From the NCBI RefSeq assembly GCF_009914755.1, contig NC_060942.1: a stretch of DNA of 64,000 nt; one strand, 5' to 3'. This DNA is from the human T2T-CHM13v2.0 reference genome, Homo sapiens. Numbering within the stretch: the stretch's first letter is position 1; every line of letters begins with the position of its first letter. The notes below the pieces were generated by a model. It searched no databases. It had not been told where the DNA came from and saw nothing but the letters and a program-made list of their open reading frames with translations. The position numbers and the translations under genes were made by a program. Below are positions 48,372 to 61,640 of this stretch, piece after piece.

Positions 48372-49243
48372 GCTTTCTCTTTTTTATACCCTCTGAGGAA
48401 TGATGCATTATCTTTTCTACCTCCTAAATTACATTAAGCGTGTGCACTTTCAGGTTTCTTTCACAAATTGTAGTATATCTCCTTGCCTCTGTCTCCCACT
48501 CCTCTTGTTCACTGATACTTCACTCCATGTTCAAGGTAATTTCTCTAAAACGACAGTTAATCATATTCACGATTAATTTTTAAGGTATTTTAAATTATCT
48601 AGATGGTACTTTTCAAAAATCTGTTTTTACATCAGGTTGAGCTCTTGCCATAGCTTTATATCCTATCATCTCTATGACCGTTTTACTGAATGTTTTACTT
48701 TACAGCCACTCTTCTCTTTAACTTAAATTTATTTAAAATAAAAATTTCTCCAATTTTTAGGTAGGAAAACATCTTCCCTTACATGAACAATAAGCAATGA
48801 TTAAACGAAAATCACTGAAAACTTGACAATATTATTATAAATTAGAGCTGAAAATGCCTTTTTGGATGACACAGAATGTGGAGATTGCTCCTTTTCTAAA
48901 AAAAATAGCAAAATGCCAGGGAAGTGTTAAAATGCATGTTATCCACAAACTAAAACATGCACTCTAAGATAATTACAAAAATTAAAATACAATTGAAGAG
49001 GAAATATCTTGAGATAGAGATTTAATAGTATTTGATGTTCTGACCCAATACTCCATCTCCAGTGTTAGTTTTCTCACCATGTAGGACTCAGCCTTTTCCA
49101 CCTCTTCCCTGAACAATTCCTTTGCAGAGCATGCCAGATCCTTGGTCATTTAAATTTTACCCAGCTTTTCAGCTCTGTGTCCCTACCATCTTCCACATGT
49201 GCCTAGTGTCCTGCCATGCTGAACTGCTGGTAATCTCCTAATC

Positions 49244-49449
49244 CAGTGTTTCTCAGTCTCAGCACTGCTGATACTTTGCTTCAGATAATTCTCGGTTTGA
49301 GGGGATTGTAGTATGAACTGTCCCTTGTTAGCACCTCTGCTGGCCTCCACCCACTAGATAACAATAGCACCTACCAGTTGTCAGAAACAACATCACTCCT
49401 AGACATTTACTGAGGCAAAAGGCAATGGCAACTCCATTTAAGAACCACA
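49244..49449. mobile_element. MER20
   Basis: cagtgtttctcagtctcagcactgctgatacttt...cagataattct...ctggcctccacccactagata...ttaagaaccac. Confidence 0.75.
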
Positions 49450-49564
49450 ATTCTAAACTGAATACAAAGTTTTTTGCATCCTTGATGTTGTGACATGACA
49501 TTATTTTGCCTGCAGTGTCTTAGAGAAACCCTCTTACTCTTTCCTGTGCTCTTCCACCCCAACT

Positions 49565-52508
49565 AGTAAAGCTCACTCAAGAAGAAATAGATAACCTTAA
49601 TATCTCTATATCTATTTTAAAAATTATACTTGCAGTTTAAAAAAACCTGCTAACAAAAAGAAAAGAAAAGAAAACCAAAAAATCTGGTCTTTACTACTTC
49701 AGTCTACAGTGCCAATTCTGGTACCACAATTCGGATACTACAACACAACAAACACATTTTAACAGAAAGAAAACTACAAACTGACATCAATCATGAATAT
49801 AAATGCAAACATTCTTAACAAAATTTTATCAAATGGAATCCAACCATACATTATTTAAAATCGTAACATGAATTTTATCTCAAGTATGTAAGGCTGCATT
49901 AACAATTGAACAGTATAAAATGTAATATACAATATTAACTACAAGAATAAAAACTTCATGACTTTATCAATAGATACAGAAAAAGGAATTGACAACATTG
50001 AAATCACTTCTCAATAAAATTTCATCAAGATAGAACTAGAGGAGAACTAAGTCCTTATAAAACCAGGACTAGAAGATCACTTCCTCAATCTGATAAAGCA
50101 AATCTATGTAAAACTTACAATTTTATTATATTTGATAGTGAAAAACTGTCTTTATGATCAGGAATATGACAAGGATCTTTACTCTCGTCACTTGTATTCA
50201 AACTGTAGCTTCTACCCAGTACAAGAAACCAATAAAAGAAATGAAAGATACCCAGATTGGAAGAAAAGTAGTAAAACTGTCTTATTTACAGATGACTTGA
50301 ACTTCTATGCAGAAAATCTGAAGAAATCTGCAAAAAAAAAAAAGCTACCAGAAATAATAGATAATTTTAGCACTGTTTCAGAATAAAATATAAATGTTCA
50401 AATGTTCACAAGCCAATTTTTTATATGCTAGCGAAGAACAGTAAGACATTAAAATTCAAGGAGATGATACCATTAACAATAGAGTCACCATAATGAAAAT
50501 GCTTAGAGATATTTCATTTTCCTAAGATGTGCAGCAGATCTAAGCTGAAAAGTACAAAGCATTGCTTAATGAAATAATAGAAGACCTAAATAAATGGAGA
50601 CGTGAATGGATAGAAGGGAAGATGCAGTGTAGTCAAAAAGTCCATTTCCTGGGGAAAGGAAATGATGAATAAGCAGAGCCCAGAGGACTTTAAGGTTGGT
50701 AAAACTACTCTGCATGATACTATGATGGAGAATGCATGTCATAAATCTGTCCAAAGGCGTAGAATGTACAACACCAAGAGTGAGCCCTAATATGAACTAT
50801 GGACCTTGGGAGATAATGATGTGCCGATGCAGGTTCATGAATTGTAAAAGACGCACCACTATGATGGGGGAAGTTGAGAATGAGGTAAGCTAATGCGTGA
50901 GTGGAAGCAGCAGGTGTATGGGAAACTCAGTAGCTTCTTAACCTTGCTGTTAACCTAAAACTGCTCCGAAAACAGTAAGCAAACACAAAGAAAAAGAACA
51001 AAAATAAGAACAAATGAGATTTACTCCACATTCATTACAATTTTAGTAAAAATTTCAGCAGATTTTTTTTTCTTTACTGTTTAGGAAAAATATACACTTG
51101 AATTGTAAAAATAGATACAAAAATGCCAAAGATTTATACGTTCTAAAAAAAAAAACTTAGAAAAAGAACAAAATTTATGAATGAAAACTACTTGATTAAG
51201 AATTATTATAAAGCTGTGGTTAAAAAACAAAAAGTTATAAGCATGGAGATAGATAAGTATCTTAATGGAAAATAGTGTTCAGAAAATATGCTGACATATA
51301 TATGAGCAATTAATTTTTAACTAGGACAAAAAGGCAATTCTGAAACAAATTCTATTCAAGAAGTTGTGTTTGTGTATTTGTGTCTAAAAGCAAAACTATA
51401 ATTGATCCATACTTCAAATAATACACAACATACAATACCATATGGATAACAGACCTAAATATAAAAGCCGAAACTATACAACTTCTGGAATAAAACGCAG
51501 GAAGAAATATTTTGACCTTGAGTGAAGCAAAATTTCCTAGAACACAATACCAATCATGATTCATAAAAAGAATAAATTGGACTTCATCAAATATGCAAAT
51601 CCTTGATCTCAGAAATATATTACTAAGAGAATGAAACAAACAAACAAGCCACAAATTGGGAGAAAATATTTGCAAAGCATATATCTGAAAAGGAACTTAT
51701 ATCCAGAGTATATAAAGAACTTTGAAAATTCCATAAGAATCAAACACAATGATTGAAAACAAGGGCAATATATTAAGAAAAAAACACTTTTCTAAAGAAT
51801 TTATATGGACGCAAATAAGCTAATAAAAAATACTCAATGTCATTAACATGAGGGAAATGTAAATTCAAACGATATTCTAAATCAGCTGGCAATCTACCAG
51901 AATTACTGAAATTAAAGACCTATCATGCCGAGTGTTAGTGAGGTTGTGGAGGCACTGGGATTCTCACGCATGGCTTCTGGGAATGAAAATGCAGTTTTCA
52001 GTTTCTTAAAATTTAAACATAGTTCATGATTCTGCCATTCCACTTCTAGGTATTTACCAAAGATAAGTGAAATCTTACTTTTATACAAAAACTAGTACAA
52101 AAATGTTTATAATTTATTATAGTCCCACCCAGACTAGAAACAACCAAGATGTCTATCAACAGCTGAAAGGATGAACAAATCATGATTAAGAAACTACACA
52201 CGTGTCTAAAAACAATTATCTTGTAGCAAAAGAAACCAGGAAAACAGTATATGCTGAGTGATTCCAAATATATTGAACTACATAGTGGCAGTACACAGGT
52301 CAGTGACTGCCTTGGGTTGGTTGGGTGGGACAACTGAGGAGGGACAGGAGAAAGGAAGTACAGAGGGAATCCTTGGGTGTGATTGACATATTCTCTAATA
52401 TAGTTGAGATCATGGCTTATTGCATATATACATTGGTAAAACTTATCAAAGTATATACTTCAAATATGTGCCGTTTCTTTTATGTCAATTATACCTCAAT
52501 AAAGCTGT
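49565..52508 (+). mobile_element. Old L1 (L1MB/L1ME-type) ORF2 to 3' end, fragmented
   Basis: ctcactcaagaagaaatagataacctt, atcatgaatataaatgcaaacattcttaacaaaat, aaactgtcttatttacagatgac (LFTDD RT motif), and terminal gtcaattatacctcaataaagctgtt. Confidence 0.82.
50625..50990 (+). mobile_element. L1MC1/2-like 3' end nested in the older L1
   Basis: gtagaatgtacaacaccaagagtgagccctaatatgaactatggaccttggg...ttgctgttaacctaaaactgctc. Confidence 0.75.
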
Positions 52509-52609
52509 TAGAGAAAACAATCTACTCTTTACCAGACACCGTATTAGAGAATTTTGTTCATAGTTTTAAATTCTTATGGATGTTACTGAAAGGTAAGTGT
52601 TAGCACAGT

Positions 52610-52720
52610 CTTTTTATAGTGATGAAATGAAGCTGAGACACTTTGTGAACTGCAGAAGGTTACACAAGAAAATGAATTGTGAATTTGAGATCAAACTCTG
52701 GCTTTCTGACTTCAAAAGAC
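52610..52720 (-). mobile_element. MIR fragment
   Basis: ttttatagtgatgaaatgaagct...aaggttacacaag...gatcaaactctggctttctgacttcaaa. Confidence 0.5.
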
Positions 52721-52914
52721 CAGATTCTACCAAGCAAGCCTTTCCCCCCCGCCCAGTTTGAGATACTCCCTGTCCCCTAAAGTTTCCTGGCCACTCCCCC
52801 AACCTTTAGAGTATTCCTAGCTAGAGCCTCAGATACCACTGAATAGAGACAAACTATTGACATTTTACTTGGTCCCAGCTCCTGGTCCACAAAACCTGAC
52901 AGTCTAACCAAGTG

Positions 52915-53228
<314 letters not shown>

Positions 53229-53744
53229 AGGTTTGTTTCTTTCCAAGGGTTGTGAGGAAAGATTTGTTCTAACTCTTTCCTTGGCTTATAAATGGCTGCT
53301 GTCTCCCTATATCTTCACATCATCTTTTCTGTGTTCATTTCTATGTCCAAATTTCCTCTTCTCTTAATGGATACTATGTACATTATGTAGGTGATGGTTT
53401 CACACAGAGCTTCACTACAGAGCAGTATATCCATATAACAAAACTTCTCCTGTACACCTTAAATGTACACAAATTTAAAAATAAAGAAGGAAAGAAAAAC
53501 TGCAATTGAGAAAACATTTTAAAATAATAACAAAACATCACTAAATATTAAAATAGAAAAAAATTCTCTTCTTACGTGGATGCCAGTCATATTGGATTAG
53601 GCCTTACTCTAATGACCTCAGTTTAACTTAATTACCTCTGCAAAGAACCTGTCTCCAAATATAATCACTTTTGAGGTTCTGGGGGTTAAGACTTCTACCA
53701 GTGAATTTGTGGCAGAGGAAGGAGATGCAATTCAGCCCATAACA
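53229..53744 (-). mobile_element. MLT1B/C MaLR LTR, interrupted by a short L1 3' end
   Basis: ccagtcatattggattaggccttactctaatgacctcagtttaacttaattacctctgcaaagaacctgtctccaaat...caattcagcccataaca. Confidence 0.82.
53367..53560 (+). mobile_element. Very short L1PB/L1MA 3' end with extended A-rich tail
   Basis: ggatactatgtacattatgtaggtgatgg...tatatccatataacaaaac...tgtacaccttaaatgtacacaaat. Flanked by aaatttcctcttctctta and aaattctcttctta. Confidence 0.7.
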
Positions 53745-54994
53745 TAAAGGGTTTTTTTTTTTTTTGGTTTTGTTTTGTTTCAATAGAACAAACCCTGTAC
53801 AGTAACTTCATTGCACTACAGTCTACATTTGAGGACCAGCTGTTTACAGGAGTTGCAGGGAATGCCAGATACTAAGCAACTGGGGACACTGGATGGTATA
53901 ATCCCATCTTTTGAAGGGTAAAAGCCACTTTCCATGGGAAGTGCCTCACTGGGAAATATTGACTGTGCTCACCCCAAACTTAAAAGCAGTCATCATCAAG
54001 AAGCCAAAGGAAAGCTTCCCAGGATATAGTACTAAACGAGAATAGGAATGTTTAGAGCTTGTACCATCAGCAGTACCACCCCCATTCAATGCAGAAGCGG
54101 AGGAAAAGGCCCAGTTTTGTGTTCCCTCTGGCCCTAACAAAATTCAACCAGCTGTAACACCCTTGGACTCAAGCAAAGACCATGCCCCATAAGCCGATGA
54201 CAGCAAAGGGAAATTTGCCATGAAATATAGAGACACCCCTCTCACCAAACTCAACTGAACCCTCCACTCTCATTACTGACACTGTTCAAGTTCCAGCTTG
54301 CCCTGTTCTTGTAAACGGTGACTGAGGAGGAATGCCATGAGGTTTGAGGATAGATGCTGCTGCCAGTTTTTCACAGAGATGCTGATTCAGAGCAAGGGAA
54401 GGACTCTTGTGGCTGATATATTTAAGTACAAGGAAAGAAACATTATTTAACTTCCCAAAGTATTCTCTTTAATAGCAGGAAAGCAGCTGAATTTTTAGTA
54501 ATTGGAGATCATTCTGGGCTCAATTTACTTGCATCTCTTTGTGCTCTAGTTCATTTTGGAGGTTCGAATGATTAGATCTAATTAAACAAATTGAACATGG
54601 ATGCTGAGGACTGTTGGGAACATAAAATATTTTATGTTACTTTCATATAAAAGTTCAGATTTTATGTGACTGAAAACATGGTACTGAATATCTCGACACC
54701 CATATGGATATTAAATACTAGAATTGTGCATTTAGTGAAGACAGTTTCATTTTAATGGAAGTATTTATCATAATGATTAAATTTAAGAGAAACAACTTTT
54801 CAGACAGATTAGAATTTCTGATATAGAGTTTGATATACATTAAGATAATTTTTATGTTTGCCATTTAATTTTAATAATTTTAATATTTAAGAAAATACTC
54901 TTGAAAACAAAATTCATATTCAAATTTTAAATACTTTTGTTTATAGTTTTTTAAAATAAATATTTTCATATAGTTGCATTTTATAGTTTTGGAA

Positions 54995-55212
54995 CAGCCC
55001 AGGGGCTAAGAATTTTTAAAACACATTTAATTGATTGAAAATAATTAAAAGAAGAGTAATATTTTATGACATATGAAAATCACATGGCATTAAAATTTCA
55101 GTGTCCATAAATTAAGTTCGATTGGAACACAACCACGGACATTTATTTATGTATTATAGCTGTTTTCAGACTACAGCAGCAGAGCTGAATAGTTGCAAGA
55201 GAAAACCGTACC
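54995..55212. mobile_element. MER58B fragment
   Basis: aaatttcagtgtccataaattaagttcgattggaacacaaccac...gcagagctgaatagttgcaagagaaaaccgta. Confidence 0.8.
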
Positions 55213-55234
55213 AATGGCCAGGAGCATTGGTTCA

Positions 55235-55383
55235 CACACCCGGCTAATTTTATTTTTGTATTTTTAGTAGAGAAGGGGTTTCACCGTGTTAGCCAGGATG
55301 GTCTCGATCTCCTGACCTCGTGATCCACCCGCCTCAGCCTCCCAAACTGCTGGGATTACTGGTGTGAGCCACCGTGCCTGGCC
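55235..55383 (-). mobile_element. AluY left monomer (right arm missing)
   Basis: ttcaccgtgttagccaggatggtctcgatctcctgacctcgtgatcc is AluY-diagnostic. The sequence stops just after the A-rich linker. Confidence 0.9.
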
Positions 55384-55860
55384 GTTTTATAACTTTTAAA
55401 ACTAACATGCTATTGAATGAAATATGTTCTAAATGTTTTCTCTCCTCAAGTAAAGTTGTAGCTTGTTCCCTGTCTGCCCTGTTCTAGTGAGTCTCTTTCT
55501 GGAATTTATTTCTGGGGATTCTGCTATTTTTATATCCACCCATGTAATTTCTTGTACCTCTGCAGTGTCTCTGACAAATTTCTTAGGAATGTGTCCCAGA
55601 ACCACATCTCTTCATTTCCTTGGTAACAGTCTACTGAGAAGGGTGGAGGATGAGTGATGGGCAGAAGGGGATTGGTTCTCCCAAATCCTTGGCTCATGAC
55701 TAGAACGGACAGCTTCCCTACTTCTTCAGTTGCATATTCTACTCTGAATAGATAGCCCTATGTCTAGGCCCCCTCCCAAAACTGCTGGTTAGCTATTCAG
55801 GCATACTTAGCTATGCTAATGTTTAGCATATATATTTATTTTGCTTGTGTGTGTATATAG

Positions 55861-55861
<1 letters not shown>

Positions 55862-55898
<37 letters not shown>
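55862..55898. repeat. Pure (TG)n microsatellite
   Basis: Direct reading, about 18 units. Confidence 0.95.
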
Positions 55899-55904
<6 letters not shown>

Positions 55905-57039
55905 CTTATCCTCTCATATGGCCACTGCTAATGAGCAGACGGTACAGTTGCTCCATGCAGACATTCAGGGATCCAGGCTCAAGAAGCAGCCTTCACAAAA
56001 CACATTTCCAAAGGGAAATCTCTATAGGCATTTGCATTGACAATTGCACATACTGGCCTTAAAACACATTCCCATTTGGCTAACAACTCACTGGGCTAAA
56101 TAAGCCACAGGATTCACCTATCCACAGGAGTCCAGGAATGTAGAGAGACAAGAGTATTTAAAAAACACCAGTATTGACTACCACAGATATAATCAAATTT
56201 TATGCGTCTTAACAGTTTTTCTTAATAGGACAGCTTAGTCCCCAGGAAGCCTTATCCCTTAACTGAGTGAGACACATCCGTATCTTTACTACTTATCTTC
56301 TTCCAAATCCTGAGTTGTCTCCAAATTTAGGTGATTCTTTGGAAATCTGTGCTGGAATATGGATTAACCAGGACTTTGTGAAATTTAAGAGGTGCAAAAT
56401 GTTTGAGGCATGCTGTGTTCATTTTATGTCTTTTTTTGAGGGAAGGGGATGAAAGGGATTATTTATAGACATGAGGTTTTTTTGTTTTTAATGTAGTTTA
56501 AAAAGTTATGTTGGGCCCTTAGTTTAATTATGATTGCTTATAAATATTTCAATTTCATGTTGCATAATTGAAAATTATAGTAATATATATTCTGACTCTT
56601 CTGAGGGCAATGAAATTCCATCTGAGCATGTGAAATGTGTCTTCTGATGTCTTAATTTAAACATGATTTGAAAATATATTTAGTTTTATCTCACTGCAGC
56701 TTATATGGTATAGATTTAAAGGGGCTAATATGGAACTGAGAATGCTTAACATAATTTGTTTTCTATTCATTTACATTTAGGTATTCATTTATTTCCACTG
56801 GTGAAATACAAATATAAACAAAATATAATTAAACCTATTTTTTCTTAATGAGCATTGATTTTCTTGACAGCGTATGATAGCATTGCCATCACTAAGCAGG
56901 GTATTCAAATGGCAGTTTTGATAAAATGAAAAGTAAACAGACAAATAATGCTCATAACTTCACTTTTAGTAGGAAGAGGAAAAACCCAGAGGTCACAGTA
57001 AAGGAATGAGGAATTTTAATAAAAGATGCTGCCATTCAT

Positions 57040-57255
57040 CACTAACATTTATTCAGCATCCATCATAGGTTTAGGCACTAACAAGGCACTGTATGACCCT
57101 TATTCATTTAACCTTCACAGAAGCTTAGTAAAGTCACCATCCATTATCTGCACTTCACCATCAAGGAAACTGAGGTCCAGTGAGGTCCATAATTGTCCAA
57201 GTTTATACATTAGAAAACCTGAAAGTCAAACCCAGATGGAACACACCTCTGAGCT
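57040..57255 (-). mobile_element. MIR
   Basis: ctaacatttattcagcat...attcatttaaccttcacagaagc...aaggaaactgaggtccagtgagg...tgtccaag. Confidence 0.7.
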
Positions 57256-57619
57256 TTGGTTCTGCTGTCTTATCAATCCTAATCTCAGTATTTCCAGTGT
57301 CATTTAGCTGGAAAATCTATTTCCTCCCTACATGAAACCACAGAGTCAATACAGAGCACCATCAAATGCTCCAAGAGTGGCTTTTAATGAGATAATTGCA
57401 TGACTAGCATCATCCAGAACCATGGGGCCTGAATTGCTGCAACTGGCCACTAGTTAGCTCATGTAGTCAAAGTGGCTGGCACATGACAAAGGAAGGATGG
57501 AGCCACTGGGATATTGATGTTGTGGTCATGGCACGAAATGGGCTGCTCACAAGACCAAGAGTCATATCAAAGAGACTGGTAATTTTTATTGCCATAGAAT
57601 GCAATTAAGGTAAAACAGA

Positions 57620-57883
57620 AGCACTTTGGGAGGCTGAGGTGGGCTGATCACCTGAGGTCAGGAGTTTGAAACCAGCCTGGCCAACATGGTAAAACCCCAT
57701 CTCTACTAAAAATACAAAAATCAGCCAGTCGTGGCAGAGCGCGACTGCAGTCCCAGCTATTCAGGACGCTGAGGCAGGAGAATCACTTGAACTTGGGAGG
57801 CGGAGGTTGCAGTGACCTGAGATCACGCCACTGTACTCCAGCCTGGGCGACAGAGTGAGACTTCATCCTCCCCACCCCTAAAA
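57620..57883 (+). mobile_element. 5'-truncated AluSx-like
   Basis: Starts at agcactttgggagg (first ~30 nt absent). TSD aaggtaaaacaga (57607-57619) and aaggtacaacaga (57884-57896). Confidence 0.9.
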
Positions 57884-58171
57884 AAGGTACAACAGAGGCC
57901 TAGGAAAAGTGAAATTTGTCCTCAGACAGCTGGGCGGCCAGAGAAAACATACAGCCTTGCACATTTCTGAGACAACAACATAGGGAACCAGCAAGAGCTA
58001 AAATAACAGCATAACATTGTCAAAGAGACAAGAAGTGAATGCACCCACAGGAGCAGCAGCAGGGGTCCCTGCGTGCTCTTCGGCACTTGAGGCCAGCAAG
58101 CCCAAGCAGCACAGGCATGGCACTACTGGAAAGACTGAGGGAACCCCTGTCACCTGCCTGGCAGGACTGAC

Positions 58172-58231
58172 CTGGATGGAGGTCAAGAGAACCCGAAGCA
58201 GAACCAAGACCTTGACGTTGACCACACGTAG
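58172..58231 (-). other. Candidate 60-nt exon
   Basis: Minus-strand acceptor gatttctttttag| and donor cag|gtcagt. Three CpGs are retained. Motif evidence only. Confidence 0.3.
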
Positions 58232-59235
58232 CTAAAAAGAAATCAATTCCAGAGAGGGAACTTGTGCAGTTGCACAAGAGAAAACCATTAAACAATTAAA
58301 AATATTTAGTCATATGTAAATATTAGTTTTCTGCTTAATGAACACAGAAAAACGGATTGTTGTTTATTAGGCAATGCTACACCAATTGCGGCCAGGCTAT
58401 TTGTTCCTTGTGTATTAGTCACATCCCTGTCTTTAAGCGTCTCAGAGAATCTGTTCACACAGTGAGGAGGGGAGGGGGTGTTATCTTAGCAAATTCAGCA
58501 AATTTACAGACCCTAAACAGACATTTAATTTTAGATTAGGGCCTCCTACCCCCGAAAAAAAAAATATTCCCAATGAGGATGTGCTTCTTCCGAAAATTGA
58601 AGGGTAGGAGATGGGGAGTGGTTAGAGAATAAAGAACAGAAATGGATTTGCTACAAAGGGATGTTTAATGGACTGAAGAAGATACCACTTTTTCATCTCT
58701 CACAAAATATGATGCATAAGAATTCTGAATTTTCCTAGAGATCATCTCAGAAAACGCCTAAGCAATATTTTTCTTATTCTATGATTATTTACTTTCTGCG
58801 CAAAAATAGACATGAAAAATTCCCGTCACAGACTATTTTCAGAGGTGCTCAAATGGGGAAGGTCACGCCAACCAAGTCAGATTATTCAAGGATGAAAATC
58901 CAATGTGCCCCTTTCTCCTGTGCCTTATTATTATTTTTTCCCTTTTGTCGATTTCAATACTCATTAACATCTACATTAAAGGATAGGAAAGCAAAAGGAG
59001 ATAAAAGGAAATTCTTCCCTTTCAGATGTTATTAATCTTTCAGGTGATTGTTCTTTCATTAATGATACCTCTGATCAAAACCATGTCGAACCTTCCTCTT
59101 TGCTGAGGAGCAGATGGTTTTGTCAGATATATTTCTATTCTACAATAGTTTGCAGTTTGTTACTGTATTGTAAAATTAAAGATATTTTACAGGATCATAT
59201 ATAACACAATTTATTTCTCAATATGCACATCACAA

Positions 59236-59529
59236 TTTTTTTTTTTTTTGAGATGGAGTCTCACTCTGTTGCCCAGGCTGGAGTGCAATGGTGTCTTCTC
59301 AGCTCACTGCAACCTCCACCTCCTGGATTCAAGTGACTCTTGTGCCTCAGTCCCGAGTAGCTGGGATAACAGATGCCTGGCACCACCCTCAGCTAATTTT
59401 TGTATTTTCAGTAGAGACGGAGTTTCACCATGTTGGCCAGGCTGGCCTCGAACTCCTGACCTCAAGTGATCTGCCTGCCTCAGCCTCCCGAAGTGCTGGG
59501 ATTACAAGCGTGAGGCACTGCACCTGGCC
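59236..59529 (-). mobile_element. AluS (Sx/Sz-like)
   Basis: Poly(T) plus complete reverse dimer with ctcgaactcctgacctcaagtgatctgcc. Confidence 0.92.
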
Positions 59530-60009
59530 CACACTGATGATTTTTGATCTCTGCTTATTTCTGCTAATGTTTTGTCAGTATCACATTATTTTTATATACG
59601 CTCCACTTGGTGGACTATTTGAGAGACCTCTATTTTCAAAAATAAGTGTTCTGCTCCTTGGGATTACATGCTTTAAAATTCTTTTAATAGTTTCTAGGCA
59701 TATAACACCCCAGTTATTTGACTCTAAAAAAAAAGAGAGCTATATCATTTAATAGGAAAGACACAGTAAACTATAAATATGTTTTAATCTTAATTGGAAG
59801 AGAATCTGGCCCACACAGAAAAAGCCCCTTTGGGTGAATTTTCTAGTTCTGTGGGTTAAGAGATGCTTTTCACAGGCACTTCCGTCCTTTACCCACTGTC
59901 CCTCCTAAAATACGCTACTGTCACTCTTCTACTTAAGGAACAGGTGGTGGGAGTGGAAAAAAAATATGTTGCTGCCGCTGATTTAGTAAAATAATTGATA
60001 ATCATAATG

Positions 60010-60220
60010 AATAGTTCCATTAACAGTGTCAAACACACTACTTCCATCAAATGCATTATTGAGTCCTTACAGGTGATATATGAGATAGCTATTACTGTTT
60101 ACATTTTGTAGATGAGAAAACTGAAGATTAGAGAATTAATTAGCCAAGCTGGGGAATGGTGGGATTAAAATGTAAACCTAGGCAACTAGATTTCAGAGCA
60201 TATGCTTTCAGCCAGTATGT
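60010..60220 (-). mobile_element. MIR
   Basis: cattttgtagatgagaaaactgaagattagaga...aaacctaggcaactagatttcagagc. Confidence 0.7.
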
Positions 60221-60326
60221 CAAAGTGCCTGAAACATAAAGTAAAAATGGTCAGGCATCCTGTGTGGACTCACAGCCAGAGTAGAGGGAGGTGAGAGTTT
60301 GGAGCTTCAACGAGATTCTCTGAACT

Positions 60327-60578
60327 TTTTTTTTTCTTTTTCTGAGATGGAATCTTGCTCTGTTACCCAGGCTGGAGCGCAGTGGCACGATCTCAGCTCA
60401 CTGCAACCTGCACCTCCCCAGTTCAAGGGATTTCTGGCTTTTTCTTTTTTGTATTTTTAGTAGAGATGGGGTTTTATCATATTGGCCAGGCTGGTCTCAA
60501 ACTCCTGACCTCAAGTGATCTACCCACCTTGGCCTTCCGAAGTGCTGGTATTACAGGCTTGAGCCACTGCGCCCAGCC
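60327..60578 (-). mobile_element. AluS with ~55-nt internal deletion
   Basis: Reverse Alu lacking the cctcagcctcccgagtagctgggattacagg segment. TSD agattctctgaact / agattgtctgaact. Confidence 0.88.
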
Positions 60579-61065
60579 AAGATTGTCTGAACTCTTTTGT
60601 AGCCAACCCTGCAATAGTCAGCAGAGTCTAGGAATAGGTAAACACAGAGCATGGATGTAGGAGCATTTAAATTACACTTTTAAGAGCTGATTCTCAGATT
60701 CTTTATGACTAGAGGAAGCAAACATTTATTTAGACTAAAATGTCCTTACAGTGGAAAGAGGCCTTCCTCCACGTTACCAGATAATCACAGCCCTACTACA
60801 GAAAATATGCACTTTCTAATTGCCTTCTTTCCAAGCCAATTTTCATCTGCAATATGGTCTCCAGACTAGATATGTCTCAACACAGAGTGACCTATGTGGA
60901 GGAAAGTAAATTGACAGACCTGTTGTAATTTTTTCTGGGTGGACCACCCCAATGGGACTTACAAAATCAAGTTTCTGGACCTGGAACACCCTTTGTCAAT
61001 TGTTTTGAACAAGCTCCATTATTTTCACAAATGGAGCCGGATGCCAGAAGATACTGTGTCCTAGA

Positions 61066-61238
61066 CGAGTGGTTCTCAAAGTAGGCTACACATTAAAATT
61101 ACTCCAGAGAACTTTTCACAATACTGATGCCCAGGTCACATCCCATACTAATTCAAATAGTATCCTTCAGGATATAACACAGTATTTTTAAAACTCCCCA
61201 AGCAATTCCAATACACAGCCAAGTGTGAAAAATACTGA
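61066..61238. mobile_element. MER5B-like MITE
   Basis: gagtggttctcaaagtaggctacacattaaaattac...atactgatgcccaggtcacatccca...aaactccccaagcaattccaatacacagccaagtgtgaaaaatactg. Confidence 0.72.
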
Positions 61239-61640
61239 TCTTAACAATATTTGAAATGTATCTTAAGTCAAATCGTAACAGTAACAGTTTTCTCTTTTTA
61301 TATAGTGAAAATGTGAAACCATTTAAACTTTTTTTCTTTTAAAAAGCCTAAATGTGAAATAAAAATAATAAAAACAGAGCTTTAGTTAGATTATAACCCT
61401 AAATGTTGGTGTTTGCATTTTGCTGTTTACTATATTAATTTGCAAATTTGGTTTTGAAAAATAAATCTGAATGGATTTACAATAAAATAAGAGTACTACA
61501 TTCCTGTTGTACCTCTGGCATAGCCTTCCTTTATAATTCTCAACAAGTGATCACAGTAACACTTAGTACTCTAATGCTAATTTGTGTCTACATTTTCATA
61601 ACTATTTAGGGAAATAAAATGGTTTATACACGTATATTTA

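Noticed and set aside
52536-52598. Isolated AG|GTAAGT donors (52593, also 33006)
   Set aside because: Weak or absent paired acceptors, and such motifs are expected by chance in AT-rich DNA.
57925-58050. Ankyrin-like words (KHTALHI, EVNAPT) suggesting a pseudogene
   Set aside because: Separated by stop codons, with no 33-aa periodicity and no further motif support.
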